NCBI GenBank assembly: GCA_964035545.1
Contig: OZ037773.1
Span: 3,129,751 to 3,193,750, forward strand
Length of the DNA: 64,000 nt
Direction of reading: 5' to 3'
Origin: Bugula neritina
Lineage: Eukaryota > Animalia > Bryozoa
Of the stretch, positions 17,817-32,345 are shown one piece after another (position 1 is the first letter of the stretch; each line of letters starts with the position of its first letter). The position numbers and the translations under genes were made by a program. The notes beneath the pieces were generated by a model. The model did no database searches and was not told where the DNA came from. It saw nothing but the letters and a program-made list of their open reading frames with translations.

Positions 17817-20800
17817 TTAATAAACTACAAATATCGGTGCAAAGAATACTATGAAAACTACCAGTGATAGGTGGGCTCATCAGTAAAAACAAATATGTTA
17901 CCATTCAAATGCTTAACAAATGTCAGTTAATGTACACATGTAGATGCAGTTAATATATTATATATACCTCTTCAGGTAGACACTATATATAGACTGTAGT
18001 TATATATATGTTTTCTATAGTTCCCTAGGGTATTGCATGCAGCTTGAAGCTGATTGGCTAATAACTTCAGTCATTAGGAAATAATTATTAATCTAACATT
18101 TTCTAACCTTTATCTAGTTTGTTGCCTTCAATTAAATCTCAAAAAAATAATAAGTTAGGAATAATGTCAAAGCTTTGCTAAATGATTTATAAAAAATATT
18201 TCTTGCAGACTATCAATTGATAATCTTTATATACGTAAAAGATTAGGCTATTGTCAAGTCATGTAATTTGACTATGAGCTTGTAATAAACCATATTATAG
18301 CAACATATAATGTTGATAGATTGCTAGATAAACAGGAAGTGGTAAATAGTGCAATATTATATTTTTGATATTGTGGGTAATGCACTTATAAAACACAAGA
18401 CAATGCAGCTGTGTGAGATGAATGAGATTTTTATGGTTATATATTCAAGTCATCTAACTCGATCAACTTGCAGTATAAAAAACATCTTAGAATACAACAG
18501 TTAATGTCTTACAAGACACCGAGCTCCATGCAGTGTTTTTCTTATCTTGTTCATGTATGTATATAATACAGAGTTAAATTAGTAAACTTACTCCATTTAT
18601 TGTATCATTAAAATGTTGCGTTTATTGCACCTTTGCTAAAGGACTTTAGAACTCATCGGCTGTTAAAAAAAATTGCTATAGAAATCATTTTATATATAAT
18701 GAGTTCAAATTTTAATTTTTATCAAAACACCAAGTTTGAAAATGTTAAGATTTATTAGCCAATTATAGTCTCTGTCTAAGCATTTGAAATCCTTTAATCT
18801 AAAGTAAAAGTTTAGTGACGTACCAAAAAATTTATTTAATCTTGTAGAAAAAGTATCTAAAAACTATTTTTTTGATAAATTTATTGCCAAAAATTGAGTA
18901 TGCAGTCAAATGAAATAATAAATGCTCTCTTGCATCAAAATTTGAACATGCTTGTGCAATCATCATTTTGCTAGTCAAAAATGTTGCAATAAGTTCTTAT
19001 TACAAGGCAAAAAATCATCAATCATAGTAAAGCAGTTTTTCAAAAAGTAATTTGTCCTTTATGCCGAAACATTAAAGTTATTTACATATATTTACTCTAA
19101 TACTAATATATTTGGTAATCAAACTTTTCCCAGACCCTATTGTATAAACTTTACTAAAAGTACCAGAGTAGTTTATTATAGACTACTATAATTTGTTCAC
19201 CTCAAGTTTTTTTAGAATTGGCAGAAAGTATGAAAGATGAATCGGATGAATAACTCGTCGATAAAGCGTTCATGTATTGTGAAATAATAAGGAATGCTAT
19301 TTTCTCTAAACTCTTGGTGTTTTTGATATTTTTTTTAAAAGTTTCTTATTAGTTTCTTTTTATTTAAAAATAGCGCTTATATAAATGATGCAAAAGATTG
19401 TAATAAAAAACAAGAGATATTTAGTGAATTTTTTTCCAATTTATTGCAGCATTTATTTTGTTTGAAGTATTTTAGTTGTCTCAAATTTTGGAAATACCCA
19501 ATTATTAGTATTTTTTGCTGTAAGTATACGCAATGATTGTAAATTCATGAACTTAACTTGCAATGTGTTTTGGCATAAATCTTGTTCTAATTGGACATTT
19601 ATAAAAGGATATTATAATTAGAAATGTGAGAAATTGAGTGAGAAATAGTATGAGAATTGTTAAGATACATTCATGCTTGCAAGGATTGATATACACATGG
19701 AGTCGCTACACTGTCTATATATAGTAATTAATCTGGCAAAAATGGAAGTCATGGATTATCTTGGAATCTATCTCCTATAGCATGATACAATTATCAAATA
19801 ACCACTACGCGTAATCATTCACAATAATATAGTTATCATTTTGTCACCTCTGTGTCCCTTTTACATTATATCTAATAACAATGAGGTCAAACAATGTGAC
19901 ACAGCATATGTAATATTATGTTGTATAGACTTATACGCATGGTAGTGCGTTAGTATAGAGATCAACCAAAACTGTGATAGTCTTTTAGCACTGTCTTGTG
20001 ATGTAAATATAGTACATTACATTATTTACATTATTTTGGTTGTTGTTTTTATGATTTAAAAAAATTAATAAATGTGTAAGCTTCACTAAACCATCTATTC
20101 TAAATCCATACCAAAACTCTTTTTTGTGACGAGGCCTTGCTCAACACTGCATTTAAATATTTTAGTTTAGGATCTCCAACTATATATATTTTAAATTGCT
20201 ATAACTAATAATAATTCTACTTAAAAATTTGGTTATATTTCAATAATTATTATATAGCTATAATGAAAATGTTTAATAAAAAAACGATCACAGCACATTA
20301 CATTGATTTTGCACGAGATATAACAGTTTTTGTGAAAAGTGCATGAGCAGAAAGAGGTTGAAGTACATGAAGCATGACCATAGCACATACACAGTCAGGC
20401 AGTTTATAAAATACAAAAAACACCGCTATATTATCCATTACAATTAATATAAAACAAAAACTAAAAATATTTGTTATATATTTGCATTTTAGTACTTGAA
20501 TATTTATATACTGTCATGCTAAACCAATTAGTGCTTGGTATATGCTATAGGATGCATGCAATTGCTGTTATATATAATAAAAACTATTAGCTAATGTTTC
20601 AAAAGATTTAAGCTCTATAATAAATTCATTTGATAAACATTTTAAATTTACGTGTGTGTCAAAATCAAATTAATTCATACATGCAGCTTTTTACAGAAAA
20701 TTAGTACATTTTTTTAATTAACAACACTAAAAATATAATTAAAACATTTTCCACATGAACTGTGCGTAAACAATAAAGTCACAAATAATAGTAAGAAAGC

Positions 20801-20994
20801 AAAATATCTGTTGTATTTTAAATGTACCACTTGTTGTATTTTAAAAAACATGAAGATTACAAACAAAGTTACTTATCACATAATTTCTATTTTTTTTCTA
20901 GAATAAAATAATAATATGACATCATATTATTATAATAAAGAAAATGTTAATTGAAGAGTGATGGCTATATATCCGATGTTCTTATTCAACAAAT

Positions 20995-21138
20995 TTACAG
21001 AAAATGATAATCAGTAAATAGAGATCTGTTTTCTCCTCTACATTTACAGGCACTTCCAAAGAATTTATAACTGGAGTATCCTACAAATTTGCAATTTCTT
21101 CTGCAACGGTCTCTTAAATTAGGAAGTTTATACGATAG
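20995..21138 (-). CDS. 4-Cys defensin-like exon, copy 2 (inverted)
   Basis: LSYKLPNLRDRCRRNCKFVGYSSYKFFGSACKCRGENRSLFTDYHFL*. Confidence 0.5.
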   Translation of the reverse strand, partial: LSYKLPNLRDRCRRNCKFVGYSSYKFFGSACKCRGENRSLFTDYHFL

Positions 21139-21823
21139 CTAGCCTCTGTTCTTGAAACTGTTAACAATTGTATAGAATAAGAATGCCTCAACAAGTTTGT
21201 TACATTGCACTAATGTAGGATATAAGTATACTATTTTACAGCATATAGTATATTATTATAGCTAGCAAATTATATTCAAAGCAGTACTTGATATGCAAGT
21301 TATATAAAATTGGTAAAAACCTTTAACAGGTTTTAATGTAAAACTCAGTTGAAAATATTTCACCTCTTTAATTGACGACATTGCTTTGATTGATTTCATT
21401 ACGAGACATTATTACGTAAATTGAACAATTATAGAGTTACTTAGATTATTAGTTCATTTGCTGCTGACATTGCATTAAGCAAGCTAATATTTAGAATAAA
21501 AGCAATTATACTAATATGTTATATAAAGTGTTAAATTTGCTTTCATATTCACATTGTTCAATTTACGTAATAATAATTTGTAATGAAATCAATCAAAGCA
21601 ATGTCATCAAATTTTACATTAAAACCTGTTGGAGGTTTTTACCAATTATATAATAACTTGCATATCAAGTACTGCTTTGAATATAATTTGCTAGCTATAA
21701 TAATATACCATAATATGCTGAAAAAATAGTATACTTATACCTTGCACTATAGTGAAATGTAACAAACTTGCTGAGATATTCTTATTCTATACCATTGTTA
21801 ACAGTTTTAAGAACAGAGGCTAG

Positions 21824-21967
21824 CTATCGTATAAACTTCCTAATTTAAGAGACCGTTGCATAAGGAATTGTAAATTTGTAGGATACTCTGGTTACAAATT
21901 CTTTGGAGGTGCCTATAAATGTAGAGGAGAAAACAGATCTCCATTTACTGGTTATCATGTGCTGTAA
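21824..21967 (+). pseudogene. 4-Cys defensin-like exon, copy 3, with Cys->Tyr in the CxC motif
   Basis: LSYKLPNLRDRCIRNCKFVGYSGYKFFGGAYKCRGENRSPFTGYHVL*; TGT->TAT. Confidence 0.5.
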
Positions 21968-22757
21968 ACTTATTGAATAAGAACATCGGATATATAGCCA
22001 TCACTCTTCAATTAACATTTTCTTTATTATATTAATATGATGTCATATTATTATTTTATTCTAGAAAAAATATATAAATTATGTGATAAGTAACTTTGTT
22101 TGTAATCTTCATGTTTTTTTAAAATACAAGTGGTACATTTATAATACAACAAGTGTTTTTTTTCTTAATATTACCGGTATTTGTGATTTTGTTGTTAGTA
22201 AAGTAATTTATGCACAGTTTATGTGGAAAATGCTTTAATTATCTGTGTTTATATAGTGTTAATAATTAGAAAGATGTACTAATTTTGCAAAAAGCTGCAT
22301 GTATGAATTATTTTGATATTGACACACATGCACGTAAGTTTAAAATGTTTATCGAATAAATTTATTATACAGCTTAAACTTTGATTAAAACAAATATTCT
22401 AGTTCAAATTTTTTGAAACATTAGCTAATAGTTTTTATTATATATAACAGCAATTGCATGCATCCTATAGCATACCAAGCACTAATTGGTTTAGCATGAC
22501 AATATATAAATATTCAAGTACTAAAATGCAAATATAATAAATATTTTTAGTTTTTGTTTTATATTAATTGTAATGGATAATATAGCGGTGTTTTTTGTAT
22601 TTTATAAATTGCTTGACTGTGTATGTGCTATGGTCATGCTTCATGTACTTCAACCTCTTTCTGCTCACTTTTCACAAAAACTGTTGTACCTCGTGCAAAA
22701 TCAATGTAATATGCTGTGATCGTTTTTTTATTGAACATTTTCATTATAGCTATATAA

Positions 22758-22838
<81 letters not shown>

Positions 22839-23741
22839 CCAAATTTCCAAGTAGAATTATTATTAGTTATAGCAATTTGAACTATATATATTATAGTTTG
22901 AAATCGTAAGCTAAAATATTTAAATGCAGTGTTGAGCAAGGTCTCGTCACAAAAAGGGCTTTGGTATGGATTTAGAATAGATGGTTTATAATGACGCTCA
23001 CACATTTATTAATTTTTCTAAATCATAAAAACTACAACCGAAATAATATATACAATATAATGTGTCAAAGCTTGTATAATACAAATAAAACTTGTAAAAA
23101 TATCATAGCAGACATCAAGATAATATTAGAAGATAAAAGCAGTAAATTCTCTCATAAAAGCATCATGCGGTAAAAAAATAGAAAATAGTAATAGAAGACA
23201 ATACATCTGTTTTCCTGACAAGCTAGTCATTTTTAAGCATAAACCTAGCTTTCTAAACAACTTTAAGTCACTTAAATTAAAACACGACTTAGGTTATATG
23301 AGTGGCTGCTCTAATGTTGTAAGAGTTTCTATCCTACCTTAAATACCAGCTGTCAATCATAAAAAGTAACTAAATCTAAGATAAGTAACAATCATATATT
23401 ATAGTCTGCTGATTATGGGAACACTTGTGATGACTTTACAAAGGAAAATAAATTAGTTCATAGCTGTTAACGCCCTTAATTAGAAGCTAACTTTAACTAA
23501 GGTGGTGGCTAAAATAAGACTCATATCTTTATTTAGTAGTTGTTTTTTGCAGAAAACATTAAATTACTTAAATCAATATAATCATCATTAAAATCTAAAA
23601 ATTAAAGTTCAACAATTTCCAGTGGTGTTTGCAACAATAAAGGCCATAATTATATTAACTCTTTGTTTAATTCTTTACATAATTTTTTTATTTCACAATT
23701 CAAATTTCTTTTAAATCACTGCTTGTGTTTTTATTAAACAG

Positions 23742-24635
23742 TAATTCTGACTATAGTGAATCTAAATGAGTCATACCTAAAGCTCTCATGGAAGAAGAGT
23801 TTACTTTTAATGGTATATAACTCTACAGGATCAGATCCTGTGTATATAGTTGCATCAAAACAGAAAGCGTTAGAATACTACATACTTGCATATTGATACT
23901 ACTTTAAGAGTTATCCATGACAAACGCAATAAAATGAATTAAAACTGTTAACTGCATGAAATCTAATTTTTTATATTAGGGCACTTCCAGGTTTTTTTTA
24001 AATAAATTAATTTAAGCATGATTTTGATATGAAAAATGAAGATTCTGAAATAGCCTTTAAAAATATGAATGATACTTTTTCTTGCAATGTATGAATCCAT
24101 CTATAATATATAGAAGTTGGAAATTTATCTATTACATCTTTTAATTAACTAAAAAGTAGATCTCCATTTCCGGCAATTAACTTGCATGTCAAAAAATATA
24201 AATGTTTGATTATGTACAAAAGCTCATTTTTAACTTGCAGTGGCTGGAAAGTATACTTCTACTAAGACAGACAGAGATGGACTAATTTTATCTTGTACAG
24301 ATACAGAACATTTTAACTGGAAGGATGGAAATACTGAACAAACTACTCTCATCACCGTGTGAGAGTTATGAACATTCATGCACATGAGAATTTGTTTATA
24401 CTGTTTATACATCTTTCAGATTTGGCAAAAGCGGGTCTTTTTCGAAAGCCAGTTGTCAACCCTGGAAAATCTGATGTTAAACTAGAGTGTAGTCAACTTG
24501 TGGATGCTAATCCACCACCCTCTACCTTCACTTGGACATTTAATGGAATTGTGACTACAGAAACATCTAATAAGCTGACTTTGAGTTCTCAGACAGATGA
24601 TGTAACAGAAATAGCTTTGCGTACAGCTGAAAATT
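23742..24635 (+). pseudogene. Degenerate Ig-receptor fragment (C2 half-exons and I-like exon)
   Basis: Remnants at ~23742-23845 (EEEFTF..NSTGSDPV, Cys lost, frameshift), 24241-24358 (VAGKYT..LSCTDTEHFNWK) and 24420-24635 ([26 protein letters not shown], second Cys->Arg). No TM or tail exon follows. Confidence 0.8.
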
Positions 24636-26447
24636 TTACGAGTATAAAGCATTCTAACTTGCAGAAAAGAAACTGTTATACCATGCATCATAACATGCAG
24701 TGTGGGTATTATGATTTAGGTTGGGAGAAAAATTATTTGAGATGTCTTCGAAGCTGAAATGAGGTCTTCAGGTTCAACGAGTTCCTTCTAACGTAATACG
24801 CCATAGAGTAAGATGATCGGAAGACAGGATGTATTCTAAGTTTCTGACGTGAAAATTGTTGGAAAAGCAAACTAGGTAATGCTGGAAGTGGTAGTACCAT
24901 ATCCTCTCACTACAATATTATATATCCATGTAATTGTATATTAATTTTTATTTCATATATTACTGTTATATATGCATTGTTGTATGTTTACTTTATTCAT
25001 TTATGATGTTGCATCTATAGGCTGGCTTAAAGCTATTTAAATACCATCTTATGCTATTACGCTATTATATTTTCAATTGGACATTGATTGAATTACAAAT
25101 ACATTATGCATTGAACCTGTGAGCTATACTAACTAAATCATGCATGCATGTAAAGAAACAGAACCTTATTTATCAGTGTCTGTAATAAACATATACACCT
25201 AGATTACTATAGTATATGGGAACTCTATTGCGCATGATTAGTCATAGTATCTAGAACATATAACTGTTGTAATCATAAATTCCAAAATATACTAGAAACA
25301 GCTATTGAAAACATAGCTTGTAAGGGCCATTGATATGAACTATGTGATGCAATGTGTGCTATTTGGCAAGAAACGTGTTATAAATATCAGATACAAGTGT
25401 TATATAATATTCGTTTATAGCTGAACAATATATGTATGAAACATATGTGCATATTTCATCATATCATTTTGTATATTTTAATGTTGGAACTTCAACCTGC
25501 AATGAGTTAAACTCTAAAGCTAGAAATTGGCTAAAATGTAAAAAATGATAAAAATTATGTTGTAATTATAATGTGGAAAGTTAAATTAAATGTACTGTAT
25601 ATATGATATAGTAACTTTCTTCAAGTTTTGATATATAATTATATATTATATAAGACATTATATGATCTAAACTTAGAGAGTTGAAGGATGAAGTATCTTT
25701 TTTAATGAAGACAATGCATTCTTTTGTTGCTCCTGTGCTTTATAAAATTATATGAAAATAACATAATAATAAATGACAACTATTTAAATTAGGCAAACAA
25801 AATTGTTTGTTTTATGCAAATATAACTTTGGATCAGTCATAATTTTTCATTTACTTTCATATGAATATGCAGGGCAAACAGAATTGTTACACTGCATACA
25901 AATATCAGATACTATGATTTAGCTCAATCATATACTGTAAATCAAACAGGAAAAGCTATATGAATCTCATTTAGAATAGGAATGTTTAAAGATGCCAAGA
26001 TTAAGATATATAATACATGTTTTGTAGCTGTAAATAATCATACTCACCTTGATTGTGACATCTGATCCATCTATTATGGGACTGGAAATTACTTGCATAC
26101 AGATAACAAAGTTTGCAATATGAAAGTTAGATGCATGTTTTGCCTGGAGCAGAGCAAATTAAACCATGCAGCTGGTATAGAGGTATGCATGAGAATTTTT
26201 TTTTAACTAGTGTTGCACATAACCTTCTAAATTATTGCACTAACAATGTTGGTTAACAGCTATAGTTGTGAAATTTTATTTAACCATAATGTTTCTATTT
26301 TCAATTTTGGTAGAAAACAAACTCGTGATAAAGTTCTTAATTCTTCTAGACTATGTTCAGACTTTGTTACACCTGTTTAATACATGTAGTAGTTTTTAAT
26401 ATAACCAAATAAAGAAATATATATATACATGTAAAAAAAAATATATA

Positions 26448-26512
<65 letters not shown>

Positions 26513-26515
<3 letters not shown>

Positions 26516-26781
26516 AATCTGTGGACAGCAGCTGTTTCGGGATTTGTCCCCTCATCAGCACAGAACAGAGTACCATGGCCCACACCTTCGCAATAGTAAA
26601 ACTTATAGTTTTACTAAAGCATATTTAAAAGGTGTGTAAACTCAAGCCAGAGTGCTCAAGTGACTCTAGGGGTCACCTAGGAGTCACGAGCATTGCAAAA
26701 TGCTAGCAGCTTGAGTTTGTGACCATGGTGAGAGTGCTCAATCATTTAATGTCATTGCTGAGCATTAAATGAGAGCGTAAT
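26513..26781 (-). mobile_element. Monomer of the 272-bp hammerhead retrozyme
   Basis: Same sequence as the 16311 unit with several substitutions; the hammerhead cores are retained; flanked by (TA)n. Confidence 0.9.
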
Positions 26782-28133
26782 ATATATATATATACATATA
26801 TATATTATGCTGGGGACCAGAGCATCAGTAGTTTTCAAATTGCTTTATTTCAAATTTTCTGGATCACTATACAATCAAGTCACAATTTAGTTATCACAGG
26901 CTATATACATATTTTGTAGCGTACGTATATAAATAAGTTATTTAACATATTGTGGTTTTTCACTGAATATAACTTCAGTTTTATGCCTTCAAGGGCCACA
27001 AAATGTAGGCTGGGAACCTCATCTGGCCTTGGGACTGCTTCTTGAACAGCCCTGCATTATACTAATTTTTCATGCATAGGCCTATATGTTGGTATAATTG
27101 TCTTGATTGTGTATTTTTGTTGATCCTGATACACCAACTCAAGCTGCTGTCTTGTTGAGAAGGGTAGTTGTGAGTGTTTATGTAAGTGTAAGTTTGTTTG
27201 CATAAATAGTATAATCATAAATTTATGCTGATATTAGCTCTTATAGCTGCAGTGGTAGATGTATATACTATACTATAGGTCCATTTACAGATGTGCCCGA
27301 CAGCAACAATCATTGTGGAGCCTGTTTTGGCAATAGCAAATTTGAAAATATTAGAATGCACATGCAGAGCTAAATATGGTCAAAACTAAACCATGCCTCT
27401 AAAGTATATTAACATAATTGGAAGTTTTTTATTTGTTGTCGTGAACATCTGCACAAGTAGAAATCAATGTGCATGTATTCTGTTATGGTTTTGTGAGTAG
27501 GACAGTTGAGGAAATTCAATAGAGTGTATACAAAACTACATCTTACATAAACTGCATTTTTAAAGCGTAGCATAATGAGAGTAAGTTTTTGATTAACTAC
27601 TGTAAACATTTGAACAATTTTATCATTAAATATTATTATTAATAACGCCTTTAGTTGATGCTGCCTTGTTTTATAACAACTAAAAACAATATATTTTTGA
27701 CAAATTTGGTTGCCAGTGTTAGACGCAATGTAGTTGAATGCTTTGGGTTCCAAAATGAGTGTTGAATACAAAACCATCACAGTACTGCATGCCTACATTG
27801 TAAGTTCATAAATTTATACTTAATTAGTTATATAATGCTGGTGGATAATAGTATAAAGTACAAAGTAAAATTAATCTAAGTTAATGTATTGAAAAAGTAA
27901 ACCTCTCTTAACAGCATTATGCTTATACTATCTTGGCTTTTCAATTTTGCTGAAATTGATGTATCATAATAGTAATACTAATAAGTGAATCTTCTGAGCT
28001 ATACCTCTGATTTTGACATGGTCAATAAACTAATTTTATATATTTTATATTTGTCTGATGCTATATCATGGTACAATGTATATACACTGTTTTTTCATTT
28101 AAATAGTGCAGCTGTTTGTTTTACAAGGCTTAC

Positions 28134-31100
28134 TTTTTGTTTTTGTAGAAATAACTTCTAAAAAAGTACTCTTATCATCTCCTCTTTCAAATCCTCTACA
28201 GTAAAGCTTCCTTCCAAGTGTTGAATCAGTTATAGTGAATTGAACAGAAAGAGTGAATCCTTCCGGTCTGCCCACTGAGTTACAGTCTGCATTACTGACT
28301 CCAGGTCCTTCTATTCCAGAGACAGCATTATTGTCTGAAAATAATGAATTAGCAACCAACGCATTTTCACTTTCACTACTTGGAATACATCCAGTTCTGT
28401 AGATTTTGCTATCTCCATCAGCTTCATATCGTAACTGTAAGGTTCTCAGATCAGTATAACCAGATGCTTCACATGTGAAAGTTATCTTCTCATCTTTATA
28501 GAACTCTGGTGAAGTTGTAGTACTGTATTCTATCTCTGTAGACGGTTGTGCTATATAAACATAATGCTTCAAGTTACACATGTAATATTTTTAAAATAGA
28601 GACAGTTACTTTCAAAAGTTTACCCGTGACTTCAAACAAAAATGTTAAAGAGGGAATTTCTCCCACACTTCTTCCTTCAAATCCTCTACAGCAGAGCTTC
28701 CATTCGATTGTTGGATCAGTTACACTGGGTTGTACAGAAAGAGTTGATCCTTCCAGTCTACCCATTGAATTACATTCTGCATGACTGACTCTAGGTCCTT
28801 TTATTTCAGAAACAGCATTAATGTCTGGAGGTAATGAAGCAACCCATACCGTTTCATTTTCACCACTTGGAATACATCCAGTTCTGTAGATTTTGCTGTC
28901 TCCATCAGCTTCATATCGTAACTGTAAGGTTATCAGATTAGTATAACCAGACGCTTCACATGTGAAAGCTATCTTCTCATCTTTATAGAAATCTTGTGTA
29001 GTTGTTGTACTGTAGTCTAGCTGTCTCTGTAGAGCATGCTTGTGCTATATGCAGATATGTTATATAATACTTCAAGATACACATATATTACTCTTAAAAT
29101 AGAAACAGTTACTTTTAAGAGTTGACTTTTAACTTCAAACAAAGTTGCTAAAGAGCTTTCTCCCACGGCTCCTCCTTCAAATCCTCTACAGTAGAACTTT
29201 CCTCTGAGTGTTGGATCAGTTATAGTGAGTTGTACAGAAAGAGTGAATCCTTCAGGTTTACCAACTGAGTTACAGTATGCATGACTAACTCCAGACCCTT
29301 CTATTTCAGAGACAGCACTGATGTCTGAAAATAATGAATTAGCAACCAACGCATTTGCACTTTCACTACTTGAAATACATCCAGTTCTGTAGATTTTGCT
29401 GTCTCCATCAGCTTCATACCGTAACTGGAAGGATCTCAGATCAGTACAACCAGATGCTTCACATGTGAAAGTTATCTTCTCATCTTTATAGAACTCTGGT
29501 GAAGTTGTAGTACTGTATTCTATCTCTGTAGAAGGTTGTGCTATATAAACATAATACTTCAAGTTACACATATAATATTTTTAAAATAGAGACAGTTACT
29601 TTCAAAAGTTTACCCGTGACTTCAAACAAAAATGTTAAAGAGGGAATTTCTCCCACACCTCTTCCTTCAAATCCTCTACAGCAGAGCTTCCATTCGATTG
29701 TTGGATCAGTTACACTGGGTTGTACAGAAAGAGTTGATCCTTCCGGTCTACCCACTGAATTACACTCTGCATGACTGACTCCTGGTCCTTTTATTTCAGA
29801 AACAGCATTAATGTCTGGAGATAATGAAGCAACCCATACCTTTTCACTTTCACTACTTGAAATACATCCAGTGCTGTAGACTTTGCTGTCTCCATCAGCT
29901 TCATACCGTAACTGTAAGGTTATCAGATCAGTATAACCAGATGCTTCACATGTGAAAGTTATCTTCTCATCTTTATAGAAATCTGGAGAAGTTGTAGAAC
30001 TGTAGTCTATCTCTGTAGATGGTTGAGCTATATAGACATATTATATAGTACTTCAAGTTACACATATAATACTTTTAAAATAGAAACAGTTACTTTTAAA
30101 AGTTTACCTTTGACTTCAAACAAAAATTGTTAAAGAGAGAATTTCTCGCACACCTCCTCCTTCAAATCCTCTACAGTAGAGCTTCCCTCTGATTGTTGAA
30201 TCAGTTATAGTGAGTTGTACAGAAAGAGTGAACCCTTCCGATCTACCAACTGAGTTACACTCTGCATGACTGACTCCTGGTCTTTCTATTCCAGAGACAA
30301 TGTATTGATGTCTAGAAATAATGGAGCAACTCATACCTTTTCACTTTCACTACTTGGAATACATCTAGATCTGTAGATTTTGCTGTCTCCATCAGCTTCA
30401 TATCGTAACTGGAAAGATCTCAGATCAGTAAAACCAGATGCTTCACATGTGAAAGTTATCTTCTCATCTTTATAGAAACCTGGAGAAGTTGTAGTACTGT
30501 ATTCTATCTCTGTAGACGGTTGTGCTATATAAACACAATACTTCAAGTTACACATATAATATTTTTAAAATAGAGACAGTTACTTTCAAAAGTTTACCCG
30601 TGACTTCAAACAAAAATGTTAAAGAGGGAATTTCTCCCACACTTCTTCCTTCAAATCCTCTACAGCAGAGCTTCCATTCGATTGTTGGATCAGTTACACT
30701 GGGTTGTACAAAAAGAGTTGATCCTTCCAGTCTACCCATTGAATTACATTCTGCATGACTGACTCTAGGTCCTTTTATTTCAGAAACAGCATTAATGTCT
30801 GGAGGTAATGAAGCAACCCATACCTTTTCACTTTCACTACTTGGAATACATCCAGTTCTGTAGATTTTGCTGTCTCTATCAGCTTCAGATTGCAACTGTA
30901 AGGATATTAGATCAGTACAACCAGATGCTTCACATGTGAAAGTTATCTTTTCATCTTTATAAAAATCTGGTGAAGTTGTAGAACTGTAGTCTATCTCTGT
31001 AGACGGTTGTGCTATATAAACATATTATATAATACTTCAAGTTACACATATAATATTTTTAAAATAGAGACAGTTACTTTTAAAAGTTTACCCATGACTT

Positions 31101-32005
31101 TAAACAAAAATGTTAAAGAGGGAATTTCTCCCACACCTCTTCCTTCAAATCTTCTACAGCAGAGCTTCCATTTAATTGTTGGATCAGTTACAGTGAGTTG
31201 TACAGAAAGAGTGAATCCTTCCGGTCTACCCACTGAATTACACTCTGCATGACTGACTCCTGGTCCTTTTATTTCAGAAACAGCATTAATGTCTGGAGAT
31301 AATGAAGCAACCCATACCCTTTCATTTTCACCACTTGCATGGAATACATCCAGTGCTGTAGATTGTACTGTCTCCATCAGCTTCATATCGTAACTGTAAG
31401 GTTATCAGATTAGTATAACCAGATGCTTCACGTGTGAAAGTTATCTTTTCATCTTTATAAAAATCTGGAGAAGTTGGAAAGTACTGTAGTCTATCTCTGT
31501 AGATGGTTGAGCTATATAGACATATTATATAGTACTTCAAGCTACACATATAATACTTTTAAAATAGAAACAGTTACTTTTAAAAGTTTACAATTGACTT
31601 CAAACAAAAATTGTTAAAGAGAGAATTTTTCCCACACCTGCTCCTTCAAATCCTCTACAGTAGAGCTTCCATCTGATTGTTGGATCAGTTACAGTGAGTT
31701 GTACAGAAAGAGTGAATCCTTCCGATCTGCCAACTGAGTTACAGTATGCATGACTGACTCCTGGTCCTTCTATTCCGGAAACAGCATTGATGTCTGGAAA
31801 TAATGAAGCAACCCATACCTTTCATTTTCACTACTTGGAATACATCCAGCTCTGTAGATTGTACTGTCTCCATCAGCTTCATAATGTAACTGTAAGGTTT
31901 TCAGATCAGTATAACCAGATGCTTCACATGTGAAAGTTATCTTCTCATCTTTATAGAAATCTGGTGAAGTTATAGCCCTGTAGTCTATCTCTGTAGATGG
32001 TTGTG
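28134..32005 (-). other. Tandem array of eight V-like Ig exons separated by 73-82 nt introns
   Basis: Exons 5'->3': 31592-32005 (frameshift), 31092-31511 (frameshifts, Cys->Arg), 30598-31011 (open), 30108-30524 (stop), 29614-30027 (open), 29127-29540 (open), 28624-29044 (+7 nt frameshift), 28134-28550 (open). All begin AG|xAQPSTEI and end at a GT. Confidence 0.9.
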
Positions 32006-32259
32006 CTGCGTGGAGATATATCAATGTAATACTTTAATTGTTACACAATACCTCTAATGCTGTGTACCAATATAAACAGTCAAAATAGTTCACCTACATG
32101 TAAAAAAATTATGTGAAAACGATAATATGATGTGTGCAAATTGTATGTGCCAAATGTTAATAATTCTATAGACCTTAAATTAATGTATATCATCACTAGA
32201 TTGTAAGACATGGTGATGAACGGTAAATGATATGGACCAGTTAAAGAACAAATTTTATT

Positions 32260-32345
32260 TGATGTATTGATAGATAAGTAAATCAGACAACACTGGAAGA
32301 ATTCTTGCAGTACGTTTGTCTGATTTACTTTAGTAGCAGCATCAT
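32260..32345 (-). pseudogene. Disrupted signal-peptide exon upstream of the V array
   Basis: ATG ATG CTG CTA CTA AAG TAA; homologous to the intact leader at 46617-46680 but carrying an inverted-duplication insert and lacking the GT donor. Confidence 0.7.

Noticed and set aside
26990-27054. Possible hAT-type MITE end (gggccaca...ttgaacagccctg)
   Set aside because: Only one degenerate end is visible, with no matching TIR or TSD.
27060-28040. Possible downstream (TM/tail) exons for the V array
   Set aside because: No frame with family motifs or a convincing TM segment was found; the candidates contain stops.
28551-31591. RAG-type recombination signal sequences between V exons
   Set aside because: No CACAGTG heptamer or nonamer is seen in the 73-82 nt spacers; they read as ordinary GT-AG introns.
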